64,000 nucleotides of DNA from Bdellovibrionales bacterium (GTDB lineage Bacteria > Bdellovibrionota_C > UBA2361 > SZUA-149 > JAGRAN01). Below are positions 16,891 through 26,074 of this stretch, one piece after another (position 1 is the first letter of the stretch; each line of letters begins with the position of its first letter). The notes beneath the pieces were generated by a model that was not told the DNA's origin, ran no database searches, and was given only the letters and a program-made list of their open reading frames with translations. The DNA lies in the NCBI GenBank assembly GCA_020434585.1, contig JAGRAN010000032.1, forward strand, positions 11,013-75,012, given 5' to 3'. The position numbers were made by a program, and so were the translations under genes.

Positions 16891-18501
16891 ATGAGTTTGG
16901 AACAAACCGAATCGCAAAGCAACGGCAGTGAACGTGCTCTCTGGTGGGGCATGCAGCTGATATTTATTATAGTCGGCGGCTTCTTCTTTAAAGTGATTTA
17001 TGAAGTAAGCATCGACTTCGATGCCGATTTTTACCAAAGACACATATTATTCATAAATGCAGTCATGCGGCAGAAGTTTCTAAACTGCTCGTTGATAATG
17101 CTGCTTCCTTTTATTGTGTTCTTCCGCCGTTTGTCTTGGCAATGCAGCGGGGAGGAGCGAATTCTTCGAATCTTCGCGTTTAGCTCAGCTCTGTTGATCG
17201 CTTGGCAGTTAGCAACGCTCGACTACAACTACTACTACGATACTTGGCACGGCTGGGATCGTCTGCTGATTATTGGGGCTGCTATCGGAGTATGGTTTCA
17301 TCCGGTTTGTTTGCCACTTTTGATTTTGCAATCCTACCTTTACTCGAGGCAGCTCAACTATCCCTTAGGTGGTTTTGACTGGACTGATAAGCAGATTTTC
17401 CTCGATCTGTTAATTTATGCGCAACTCGGGCTCTTGCTGCGAATTTTTGTAAGGGTCCGCGCGGCTACAATCCTGTACATGCTAGTTCTGATTTTTAATG
17501 CGAACTACTTCTTTGCCGGCGTGCAGAAGCTGCAGCTAAGCCCTAGCGGCTACGAGTGGGTGACTGAAAACCAAGTCGTTAACTTAGTTCTCGCGTCCTA
17601 CCACAATGGTTGGCTAAGAAGCGCGGACGGCCCTGTCTTAAGCTGGCTGCTGGATTTTGCTGCGGCATATCCGATCCTTCTGACGCTTCCAACTATTCTG
17701 ATTGAGGTTGGAAGTGCACTCGTTTTTCTTAACTCACGATTGTTTAGAACTATAATGTTGCTGCATGTGCTGCTCCATGCAGTGATTATGTTGTCCAGCG
17801 GCGTTTTCTTTTGGAAGTGGAGCATTCTGAACATAGTTCTTTATTTACTCGTGTTGCCAAGTCGAGTTGGTCAGCTAAGAGAAATGTTCTCGCGCCGGGC
17901 GTTTTATACTTCGCTTCCATTGTTTATGCTTTGTCCTCTGCTGTTCGCGCCAGTTCCACTTGGTTGGTTTGATACAACTTATGTTCCAATTGTTCGTGCA
18001 TACGCCGTAGACGACGATGGAGCTGAAGCTGAGCTGGAAGGATTTTATTTTGGCCCATACAATATCCTTTTTCAGCAAAGCCGGTTTTATTACCTGTCTC
18101 ATTCGAATTACATTGTTGGCACTTACGGTGGGACTGACAATTACTTTTTATTTAAGAAACTCCAGGAGGAATTGTCCGCAGCAGAAGTGAGGAGTTTGCA
18201 GAGCAGGGTCGGTCGTCCGGTCTACAATCAGTCTAGCCGAGAAGCGTTTGAAGGCTTTATTCGCCGATTTGTGTCGAACGCTAATAGAGCCGCGGCGGGG
18301 GGCAAGGCACCCGCTTTGCCGCAAATATTTTCAGCCCCGTATCATATTTACTCGTTTGCGGTAGGTAAAAAGTATGATGGGCATGGCCCAGTGGGAAGCG
18401 TAAGAGTAAGGTCATTGATATTTTTCAGAGATCAACTGCTTGAAGACGTTCCGCTGATCGAAGTGGATATTCAAAAAGAGAATGACGGCACCGGTGGCTA
18501 A
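16891..18501 (+). CDS. polytopic integral membrane protein, family not recognised
   Basis: 536 aa with roughly 10 or more hydrophobic segments. Its 3' end overlaps the next gene by 20 nt. Confidence 0.7.
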   Translation: MSLEQTESQSNGSERALWWGMQLIFIIVGGFFFKVIYEVSIDFDADFYQRHILFINAVMRQKFLNCSLIMLLPFIVFFRRLSWQCSGEERILRIFAFSSALLIAWQLATLDYNYYYDTWHGWDRLLIIGAAIGVWFHPVCLPLLILQSYLYSRQLNYPLGGFDWTDKQIFLDLLIYAQLGLLLRIFVRVRAATILYMLVLIFNANYFFAGVQKLQLSPSGYEWVTENQVVNLVLASYHNGWLRSADGPVLSWLLDFAAAYPILLTLPTILIEVGSALVFLNSRLFRTIMLLHVLLHAVIMLSSGVFFWKWSILNIVLYLLVLPSRVGQLREMFSRRAFYTSLPLFMLCPLLFAPVPLGWFDTTYVPIVRAYAVDDDGAEAELEGFYFGPYNILFQQSRFYYLSHSNYIVGTYGGTDNYFLFKKLQEELSAAEVRSLQSRVGRPVYNQSSREAFEGFIRRFVSNANRAAAGGKAPALPQIFSAPYHIYSFAVGKKYDGHGPVGSVRVRSLIFFRDQLLEDVPLIEVDIQKENDGTGG

Positions 18502-20083
18502 GAGTTTGTTTCTACTGCAGGCAGTGCTGCTGATTGGTGCAGCGACATACTGCTACGGGCAGCTTAATCCTGATGCAATTGCATACCTCCGTGTTGCCGA
18601 GCACATAATTTCCGGTGAGTTTGGCTTAGCCCTTAACGGCTATTGGTCTCCGTTGTTCAGTTGGCTGCTAGTGCCGCTGCTGCTTCTTGACGCAGACCCA
18701 ATATTCGCAGTTAGAGCGTTGATGGTCATTTCTGCATTAGCCTTCAGCGGAGGTGCATACCTCCTGTTTTGCGAGCTGCGGCTGAGCAGTAAAGTCCTGC
18801 ATGCATCCTTGCTCGGCACGATGCTATTGAGTGTTGCCTTGTCTTATTTTGCCGTTGCCCCGGATCTTTTGATGGCCGGTGGCTTTTTTGTTCTGCTGAG
18901 CCGCCTTATTCGGTCAGACTGGCTGCTCAATCGCAGTGTTGCGATGCAGTGCGGATTCGCAGCAGGGTTCTTGTATCTATGCAAGGCTGCCGCTTTACCG
19001 CTCACATTGGCCGTGCTTGTCGGTGTTTTGCTAATGCACTTCTGGCAGCAGAATGCGTCGAGCAAGCAGCTCCTTAAGTCAGCGCTATTTTTCGTAGCTG
19101 GAACTTCATGTGTCGCCGGGCCGTGGATTTTAATTCTGTCCGTTCACTACGGGTATCCTACTATCTCCACGGTTGCGTCAATTGCACATGCGATTGAGGG
19201 GCCGTGGGACTACAGTCCGCACGGAGAAGTGATTCCAGGGTTCTCTGGAATTTTGATTCCCGAAGCCGGGCGATTGACGACGTGGGAAGAACCAAGTCTT
19301 CAGGACTTTCCTTATTGGTCGCCTTTTCACAGTTCAGCTCTTTTCAAGCATCAAATCTCTTCAATCGCAGTTAATGTGCGGCTTAATTTTGTTTACCTGC
19401 TTTTTTTAATTTGCGCCTTATGTGTCCATCTTCGTATTTATCGCCGAACCGGAAAAGTAGACTCGACTGCTTGGACAAGCATTGTCGTGGTGGGAGCGAA
19501 CGTTTTGGTTTTTCTCCCGACTCATTCAGCTTCGATAAGATATTTTCTTCCAGCAATTCCTTTGCTACTTGCAGCAGTTCTGAAGGCGTTATTCTATGTC
19601 ACTCGCCAAAGTGCTCCTACTTTTAAAATTAGCACGATGTATGCGGCGGCGATTTTGAGCACGGTACTGCTGCTCAAGCCGATTTACGGGATGACGCTGC
19701 GACCGTTTAACGGAGGAGTAGACTACTACCCCATCGGACTGAGGGCCCGAGGTTTGGCAGAGGAGCTGAGAGCGAAGGGTTTAGTTGGACCCATCGTAGG
19801 CGGGAACCCGCTAGGACTTTACTTGTCCTATTTTCTTCGACAGCCGTGGTATGGCGGAGCAGAAGGCTCGTCGATCGGAGACGTGGAAGCGGTTAATGCG
19901 TTGATTGTCATAGTTAACGAAACTACATGGAATAATCGATTACGGCGTTCTTTAAACAGGTCGGATTTTTTTTCGAAGTTTGAGACGAGCCAGACAAACC
20001 ATATGGATGATATTGGACTGCCTGAAGCTGCAATTTACATTGCGAAAAACGCAGATCGGGTCTTAATGGAGAGCCGTAGATGA
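18482..20083 (+). CDS. GT-C-fold glycosyltransferase-like membrane protein (ArnT/PMT family 39-like)
   Basis: The first-loop signature NPDAIAYLRVAEHIISGEF...NGYWSPLFSWLL is followed by many TM segments and a soluble C-terminal domain. Confidence 0.55.
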   Translation: MTAPVAKSLFLLQAVLLIGAATYCYGQLNPDAIAYLRVAEHIISGEFGLALNGYWSPLFSWLLVPLLLLDADPIFAVRALMVISALAFSGGAYLLFCELRLSSKVLHASLLGTMLLSVALSYFAVAPDLLMAGGFFVLLSRLIRSDWLLNRSVAMQCGFAAGFLYLCKAAALPLTLAVLVGVLLMHFWQQNASSKQLLKSALFFVAGTSCVAGPWILILSVHYGYPTISTVASIAHAIEGPWDYSPHGEVIPGFSGILIPEAGRLTTWEEPSLQDFPYWSPFHSSALFKHQISSIAVNVRLNFVYLLFLICALCVHLRIYRRTGKVDSTAWTSIVVVGANVLVFLPTHSASIRYFLPAIPLLLAAVLKALFYVTRQSAPTFKISTMYAAAILSTVLLLKPIYGMTLRPFNGGVDYYPIGLRARGLAEELRAKGLVGPIVGGNPLGLYLSYFLRQPWYGGAEGSSIGDVEAVNALIVIVNETTWNNRLRRSLNRSDFFSKFETSQTNHMDDIGLPEAAIYIAKNADRVLMESRR

Positions 20084-20454
20084 ATTGGCCTTTAGTGTTG
20101 ATTTTGGCCAGCTTGGGGGCCTTTTTTCTGGTTTATTATTTGCGCCATCGGGGCGAGCGAAGCGACGAGCAGCTTAACGAACACTGGCAGCGTATCCAGC
20201 AGGGAGCGTTGATTCTTGACGTTCGCACAGCCCAAGAATTTTCTCAGGGGCATATTGAGGGAGCATTAAACATTCCGCATAACGAGATCGAGCAGCGGAT
20301 TGCGGAGCTCGGCCCTGACAAGTCGAGGATTGTCGTGGCCTACTGCGCGGTTGGCGGGCGTTCCGAAAAGGCGAAGCAGCAGCTGCTGGCCCACGGCTTT
20401 AAGCAGGTCTACAATGCTGGAGGATATATCGATTTGCTTAACAGCAAGAGCTAG
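20080..20454 (+). CDS. membrane-anchored single-domain rhodanese (sulfurtransferase)
   Basis: N-terminal TM, then ILDVRTAQEFSQGHIEGALNIP and the active-site loop AYCAVGGRS. The ATGA start/stop overlaps the upstream gene. Confidence 0.85.
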   Translation: MNWPLVLILASLGAFFLVYYLRHRGERSDEQLNEHWQRIQQGALILDVRTAQEFSQGHIEGALNIPHNEIEQRIAELGPDKSRIVVAYCAVGGRSEKAKQQLLAHGFKQVYNAGGYIDLLNSKS

Positions 20455-21259
20455 GTGGCGCAGCTTGTCGTACGAATTTATAGAAGATTACAGTCACTGG
20501 ATTTCGGCAGCGGCACTGATACTTCTGCTGTTTTGGGAAACCGCTGTACCTTTCTTTGCCAGCTTTTTTGCAAGTAAATCGGAGAGAGCGATCCACTGCG
20601 GAAGGAATGTTTTGTTGGGGCTGCTAAATGCCTTGATGATTTCCGGATTGTTTGTCGGCAGTTGGGTTTGGGCGGCTGAAACTTCAGAGAACATACACCT
20701 AGGCTTTTTCTATTTGCTCGGCCTCGATGGATGGATTCATGCCTGCTGCAGCATCCTGCTCATGGATTTCTGGACTTATTGGTGGCACCGGATGAACCAT
20801 CGTGTTGCCTTTTTCTGGCGCTTCCATCAGGTGCATCATTCCGACAGGAAAATGGACGTCACTACTTCGTATCGCTTTCATCTGGGAGAAATATTTCTCT
20901 CTTCGCTGTTTCGAACTGGGCTTATTTTACTTTTTGGAATTAAGTTGTGGCACTTAGCGGCCTACGAGGCATTTATGTTTCCGATTGTTATGTTTCACCA
21001 TGCCAACGTCGGTGTGCCCAAGGAAATTGATCGCCTGCTGCGGCTCGTTATCGTTACTCCGGAAATGCACAAGGTGCATCATTCAAACTTTCAGCCGGAA
21101 ACTGATTCAAACTATACTTCGATGCTCTCTATTTGGGATAGGTTGTTTCGCTCCTTTAAGCTGTCTTCCGACTCCCATGGAATTGCATTCGGACTGGAAG
21201 GGCCGGAGCGAGAACACAAAGCGCTCAACGAAATGCTAAAAGCGCCGTTCGGGTCTTAG
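20414..21259 (+). CDS. fatty-acid hydroxylase / sterol-desaturase superfamily membrane protein
   Basis: His boxes are WWHRMNH, FHQVHHSD, MFHHANV and HKVHHSN. The start is uncertain: ATG 20414 overlaps the rhodanese gene, and an in-frame TTG at 20465 is the alternative. Confidence 0.8.
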   Translation: MLEDISICLTARARWRSLSYEFIEDYSHWISAAALILLLFWETAVPFFASFFASKSERAIHCGRNVLLGLLNALMISGLFVGSWVWAAETSENIHLGFFYLLGLDGWIHACCSILLMDFWTYWWHRMNHRVAFFWRFHQVHHSDRKMDVTTSYRFHLGEIFLSSLFRTGLILLFGIKLWHLAAYEAFMFPIVMFHHANVGVPKEIDRLLRLVIVTPEMHKVHHSNFQPETDSNYTSMLSIWDRLFRSFKLSSDSHGIAFGLEGPEREHKALNEMLKAPFGS

Positions 21260-22965
21260 TAAACCTGTTCGAAACTATTTAGTACCTGAAGGCCGAGTTC
21301 TCTGTTGTCTAAAGTATTGCTGTGAAGGCTGGGTTTCCAACTCCTCGAAGTTTCAATCCAGTAGCGTACTTTTGGAGCAGAGCCGCAGGTAAGAACGACT
21401 TTGTTAATCTCAGGGCTCGTAAGTTTCAGCTCAACTCCTTGGGACGGGCCGTGAATAGTGACCCTGAGGGGTCTCCTGGATAAATCTGGATTTGCTGCTC
21501 GCAGCAGTAGCTCTGCGTGATGGGTCTCTGGGCTGCAGTCGAGTGAGCCCGTTGACTGCTGCGTGCTCCAGCGAAAGAATTCACCATTGCTGCTTTTCTC
21601 CCAAGTGTAAAAGCCATACTCACCCGATGAGGCTTGCCATGCCGCACCGGCAGCTGCTGCAATCGAGAGAATGATTGTAGAGCTAAGTCGAATGCGGCTG
21701 TGTTCAACATTTAAGCAAGCAGCCATGACAATTGCAGTTAGAATGCTAACTTCATCAAATACCAAATGGGGACCGAAAAAAAGTAATATGACTAAACAGC
21801 TTAACGAGAAAATCGCTGGACTGAGGTAGTTTTGTTCATGGTCTTCGGGGCTGCTAGGACGGACATGGAGTGCAGCCAGCGCGAGAAGAAACAAACCAAG
21901 TCCGATAATTCCTGTTTCGGCCAGCAGGCCAATGTAAAAATTATTCGAATTGTCCGTCCAGGCACCAAGGTTATGGTTTAACTGTAAGCTGTAGAAGGGA
22001 GCCCACTCTGCGAAACGGTCGAAGCCAACACCAAAAAGAGGATTATCCTGCCAAATTTCAATACCGATTTTCCAGAAAACCAATCGAGTGTGGAATGTTT
22101 GTGCAATATTTAGAAAGCTAATCGCGTCCAGACCACGTCGGGCGGCTTCAGGCAGCATTAGAAGGGTGCTTTGATATGAATCGATTTGATACATACGAAG
22201 GTAATCGAGCAGCCCAACGGAACAGAAACCTATTAAAGTTAGCAGCAGCGTTGCTTTGCGCGAATGCGAATAGCAAAACAAGAATAAATAGAGTGCTGCG
22301 CCAAGGATGAAGCTGCGGGAGCCGGTAAGTGAAGCCGAATAGAGCAGGCAGCAGAGCGCAAGCAAGTACAGAATAGTTCCAAACCGATTCTGGGATGTAA
22401 AACCGTTCACGATGAACGGGAGCAGGAGTATCAAGAATATTCCTGCCGCATTCGGATCACTGAAAGTGCTTGTGTAACGTCCGAGTGAGTCCCAGTAGTA
22501 AGTTTGATTTGGAAGCATCAAACTGGTCAGGGTTCCGTTCTTCTGCAGATATCCGACCAATGCTGCGACGGGCAAAGCAGCAGCCATACCTTTCAGCGCA
22601 GACTCTCTGGCAGAAGCACTGTCAGAAAAGATTTTGAACAATATCGGGACAAGGGCGAAGCGAAGCAGATTCTCAAGACCTACCCAGTCGAACGTGCCGA
22701 AGTTTGGCAAAAATGCCAATTTCTCAAAAAAAACTTCGGCGCAGTAGGAAGCAGCGAGAAGGCTAAGCAGCGGTGCCGCCCATATGAGGTCTCCAAGTGT
22801 CCATCGCCGCTTTTCGGACAGCGCGAACACAATCGCAAGGATCAGCGCGGTTCCCGGGCCGAAAATCGTGAGCAGGGGGACTAGAAACCCGAAGAGTAGC
22901 GCTTTTAAGCTGCCAGCTCCTGAATCACCACCGTCTTCTGTCATTCCCAGGCTGTCCTCCCGCAT
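21256..22965 (-). CDS. O-antigen-ligase/Wzy_C-domain membrane protein with a ~150-aa C-terminal soluble domain
   Basis: Polytopic, with a characteristic loop plus helix: WTDNSNNFYIGLLAETGIIGLGLFLLALAAL. Confidence 0.7.
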   Translation of the reverse strand: MREDSLGMTEDGGDSGAGSLKALLFGFLVPLLTIFGPGTALILAIVFALSEKRRWTLGDLIWAAPLLSLLAASYCAEVFFEKLAFLPNFGTFDWVGLENLLRFALVPILFKIFSDSASARESALKGMAAALPVAALVGYLQKNGTLTSLMLPNQTYYWDSLGRYTSTFSDPNAAGIFLILLLPFIVNGFTSQNRFGTILYLLALCCLLYSASLTGSRSFILGAALYLFLFCYSHSRKATLLLTLIGFCSVGLLDYLRMYQIDSYQSTLLMLPEAARRGLDAISFLNIAQTFHTRLVFWKIGIEIWQDNPLFGVGFDRFAEWAPFYSLQLNHNLGAWTDNSNNFYIGLLAETGIIGLGLFLLALAALHVRPSSPEDHEQNYLSPAIFSLSCLVILLFFGPHLVFDEVSILTAIVMAACLNVEHSRIRLSSTIILSIAAAAGAAWQASSGEYGFYTWEKSSNGEFFRWSTQQSTGSLDCSPETHHAELLLRAANPDLSRRPLRVTIHGPSQGVELKLTSPEINKVVLTCGSAPKVRYWIETSRSWKPSLHSNTLDNRELGLQVLNSFEQVY

Positions 22966-23142
22966 ACAAAGATATACACGAGCGTCGGTAAGCTCGTCTC
23001 CAATTCTTTCCGTGAACTTGGCTTAAGAAAATCTCAATTGTCTCGGCAAATTTGTCAGGTTTGCTTACTATAGCTTGATTTTTCCGGACAGTCGGTATTG
23101 CATAGGTCGGTCTGAGGTGCGCGGCTTAATTGGAGATTTCAA

Positions 23143-23949
23143 ATGCGACAGCTAGTCATCGGCATTTTGTCTATTTGTTTTGGGGTAGTCTTATTCGGAG
23201 CGAGCAGTGCTCAAGCTCAACAGAGTGTTGTTGAAGCGCGGCGCGGATCGTCTGCCGCAGTTGGGGAGGAGGAAGAGGACAGCAGGCCTTGGGGATTTCA
23301 GGTTAGCGCCGGCGTTTACTCAGACTACATGTTTCGCGGAAAAACCGTTTATCCGGGAACTTCAATCCAGCCTTCCGTAACTGGCTGGTATGATTTCGGG
23401 TCAATCGGTTCGTTGAGCTTTAACGTTTGGTCGCACCTGTCCGGGGAGACAGTCGAGCCACCCGAGAAATTTACCGAACTAGACACGACCTTTTCTTATG
23501 ATGTGACCGTTCTCGATTACGTTAACTTCGCAGCGGGATTCATCATGTATCGTTTTCCAGGTAAGTCGGGCAGGATTGCCGATACCAACGAATACTACCT
23601 TGGCCTCGGTGCTAATATTTGGGGTAATCCTACTGTCACTTTTTACAACGACTTCGATATCGGTCGATACCAGTATGCGACTCTCAGCTTCAAACAGCCG
23701 TTTGAGATTGAAGAGGTTGCTCCGGGTTTCGCGCTGATTCCTTACACAGCGTTTGGTTTCGCGTTTAACGCAAACGACGGACCAGTATTTTACGTTGATA
23801 ACGGCTTGGTTACCGTTGACGTCGGTCTGTTGGCTGATATTCCAGTTTGGGAGTTTACGTTGACTCCGAGCATCAACTACACGTTTGAAGCTGACGAAGC
23901 CAATAACAACGAATTCTGGTTCGGATTAGAGTTGAGCTACGCGATTTAG
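23143..23949 (+). CDS. outer-membrane beta-barrel protein (TorF/Gcw_chp-like putative porin)
   Basis: Signal peptide ...GASSAQAQQ. GVYSDYMFRGKTVYPGTSIQPSVTGWYDF resembles the SDYxFRG...QP motif of that family. The sequence has alternating beta-strand character, and the C-terminus ends GLELSYAI rather than in the aromatic residue typical of outer-membrane barrels. Confidence 0.5.
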   Translation: MRQLVIGILSICFGVVLFGASSAQAQQSVVEARRGSSAAVGEEEEDSRPWGFQVSAGVYSDYMFRGKTVYPGTSIQPSVTGWYDFGSIGSLSFNVWSHLSGETVEPPEKFTELDTTFSYDVTVLDYVNFAAGFIMYRFPGKSGRIADTNEYYLGLGANIWGNPTVTFYNDFDIGRYQYATLSFKQPFEIEEVAPGFALIPYTAFGFAFNANDGPVFYVDNGLVTVDVGLLADIPVWEFTLTPSINYTFEADEANNNEFWFGLELSYAI

Positions 23950-25913
23950 AAGCGGCGTTTTCCCTGGCGAGGCATGCGGCGGCGTTTATCTCTGTCGTCA
24001 TGCTCCGCTTCTTCCTCTGCCTGTTTGGCTTCTTCAGCGGCTTGGGCTTTGCGTGCAGCTTCTTCTTGAGCTGCTCGTAGTGCCTTGAGCCGCTTGGCTT
24101 CTTGTTCGCGTTTTAGTTTCAGCTGTTCGAGTTTCTGACGCTCTGCTTCAAGCGCCGCCTTTTGAGCATCGAGTTTGCGCTGCTCTTCAATTAGCTTCTG
24201 CGACTTAGTATCTGAAGAGGTGTTAGCTGGCGCCATTTTTGCCGTTTGCTTCTTTAGCTCCTCGGCTCTCTGCTCGGCGCTCGCAGCGCGCTGCTCATTT
24301 TGAGCGGCTCTTTCCGCAGCCTTTTTAGCTTCTAGCTGCTTCTCTGCGGCAAGCTTCTCTGCCAGCTCGGCTTCTTTTCTTAACTGCTCCGCCTTGCGTT
24401 CTTCTTCTTCACGAAGCCCTCTTAAGTTGTCGACCTCGCTTTTCGCGAGCATCGCCTCTTGCTCAAGCTGCTTTCGGCGGGATTCGGCTTGCTTCAGTGC
24501 CGCCATTGCTTCCAGACGCTTTTGCTCGGCAAGGGTGTTGGCTCGCTCCGCTTGAGCAGAGTACTCTTCGGCTTTCTTTTCTTCTGCCTGACGAACTGCT
24601 CTGAAGGCATCGGCCTCTTGTGCAGCCAGCACTGCGGCCTGCTCAGCAGCGGTCTTCTCGCTTTCGGCGCGTGTTGCGGCCTCTAGTGCTTCTTGACGCT
24701 TCTCTTCTGCAAGTGCTGCTGCGGCCTCTACTTCTTTTCTGATTTCAATTAACTGTTCGAGCTCGATCTGTTCGAGCTGGCGGCGTTTTTCCGCATCGAG
24801 CGCCGCAGCAAATGCTTCCTTCTTTCGTTCTTCAGCGAGTTTCGCAACTTTTGCCAGCTCTTCTTCTTTTTCGCGCCTCAGCTGCTCAAGCTCTTTGAGG
24901 TAAGCTTGCTCCTCTACTACTCGCGGGCTTCGATCCTCGCGAGATGTCAGGTAGAGCGCAGAGCCAGCAAGCAGGAAGGAGGTTGCAGCAAGTGCAATTC
25001 CAATCGGCCGAGTGAAAAAAGTCGACGGTTTAGTCTTGCCGGTTACTGCGTAATAAGCCTTTTCAAAATCTTCAAAAAAGTCCTCGACTTTCTGATAGCG
25101 CTTATCGGCGTCTCTCTCGAGCAGCCGCATGATCGGCTGACTGATTCGATCGTCGATAAACACATCAGGGTTAGCTTCCTTGATCGGGATCGGATCCTCG
25201 TGCACGACTTTAACGAGGGTTTCCATCATTGTGTTGGCCTCAATCGGATACTTTTTCGTGAGCATCTCGTAAGTCATAACCCCGAGCGAATAAAGATCCG
25301 CTCGTGTGTCGATTGACTTTTCGAGACCCTGCTCCGGGGCCATATATCTCGGTGATCCGAAGATCGTGCCTGCTTGCGTAAGTTCAGTGCTTGGTTCTGC
25401 TTGCAGAACTTTTGATATGCCGAAATCTAGAACCTGAGCCCAAGCAGTGCCGTCTCTCCGCTCGGTGATCATAATATTGTCAGGCTTCAGATCGCGGTGA
25501 ATAATATTGTTGCCGTGGGCTTCGGCAAGTGCGCTGCATATTTGGGAAACTATGTTGAACACTCGGTCAAGCGAAAGAGTCCCTTCGTCTTTTAAGATTT
25601 GCTTGAGGGTCTGGCCCTCGATAAATTCCATCGCAAGATAGGGATGCCCCTCTTCAATGCCGTAGTCGTGAAGAGTGATGACATTGGGGTGGCGAATTTT
25701 ACACGCGGTGCGGGCTTCGCGCTGGAAGCGCTTCAAATACTCCTCATCTTTAGCTAGATGGGAATGCAGCAGCTTGAGGGCGATGACGCGGTCAAGGTGA
25801 GTATGCTCTGCTTTATAAACGGCACCCATGCCGCCCCTGCCTAGTTTAGCAAGGATTTTGAACTTACCGGCGATGGTTTTCCCGACCATTGAGTCGGAAG
25901 TTGCCTGGCCCAT
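23946..25913 (-). CDS. Hanks-type Ser/Thr protein kinase - TM - long E/A/K/Q/R coiled-coil
   Basis: Kinase motifs are GRGGMGAVYKA, HRDLKPDNIM, DFG and APE. A single TM is PIGIALAATSFLLAGSALYL. About 330 aa of low-complexity heptad-like sequence follow, ending in the basic tail RDKRRRMPRQGKRRF. Confidence 0.9.
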   Translation of the reverse strand: MGQATSDSMVGKTIAGKFKILAKLGRGGMGAVYKAEHTHLDRVIALKLLHSHLAKDEEYLKRFQREARTACKIRHPNVITLHDYGIEEGHPYLAMEFIEGQTLKQILKDEGTLSLDRVFNIVSQICSALAEAHGNNIIHRDLKPDNIMITERRDGTAWAQVLDFGISKVLQAEPSTELTQAGTIFGSPRYMAPEQGLEKSIDTRADLYSLGVMTYEMLTKKYPIEANTMMETLVKVVHEDPIPIKEANPDVFIDDRISQPIMRLLERDADKRYQKVEDFFEDFEKAYYAVTGKTKPSTFFTRPIGIALAATSFLLAGSALYLTSREDRSPRVVEEQAYLKELEQLRREKEEELAKVAKLAEERKKEAFAAALDAEKRRQLEQIELEQLIEIRKEVEAAAALAEEKRQEALEAATRAESEKTAAEQAAVLAAQEADAFRAVRQAEEKKAEEYSAQAERANTLAEQKRLEAMAALKQAESRRKQLEQEAMLAKSEVDNLRGLREEEERKAEQLRKEAELAEKLAAEKQLEAKKAAERAAQNEQRAASAEQRAEELKKQTAKMAPANTSSDTKSQKLIEEQRKLDAQKAALEAERQKLEQLKLKREQEAKRLKALRAAQEEAARKAQAAEEAKQAEEEAEHDDRDKRRRMPRQGKRRF

Positions 25914-26074
25914 TTTTCTCTCACAGCATGGGGGGAGCTATCCAGCTAAGAATAGACATTATATCCCTCGGCTTTCAAGGTGTCCTTTTATAAAAATAAG
26001 CCCTGAGTTACTTGAGCTTGTGAGAGATTTGATCAAGGATCAAGCGGCAATTCCGAAGGGAGGAGATTTGATAC

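Noticed and set aside
20300-20413. N-terminal 38 aa of ORF 20300..21259
   Set aside because: This stretch lies entirely inside the rhodanese gene in another frame. The hydroxylase most likely starts at ATG 20414 or TTG 20465.
23990-24941. Periodic-looking DNA (recurrent GCTTCTTC / GCTGCTTC / CTCGGC units) that could be mistaken for a tandem repeat or CRISPR-like array
   Set aside because: It is the reverse complement of E/A/K/Q codon runs in the kinase coiled-coil. There are no exact repeat units or spacers, and the reading frame stays open throughout.
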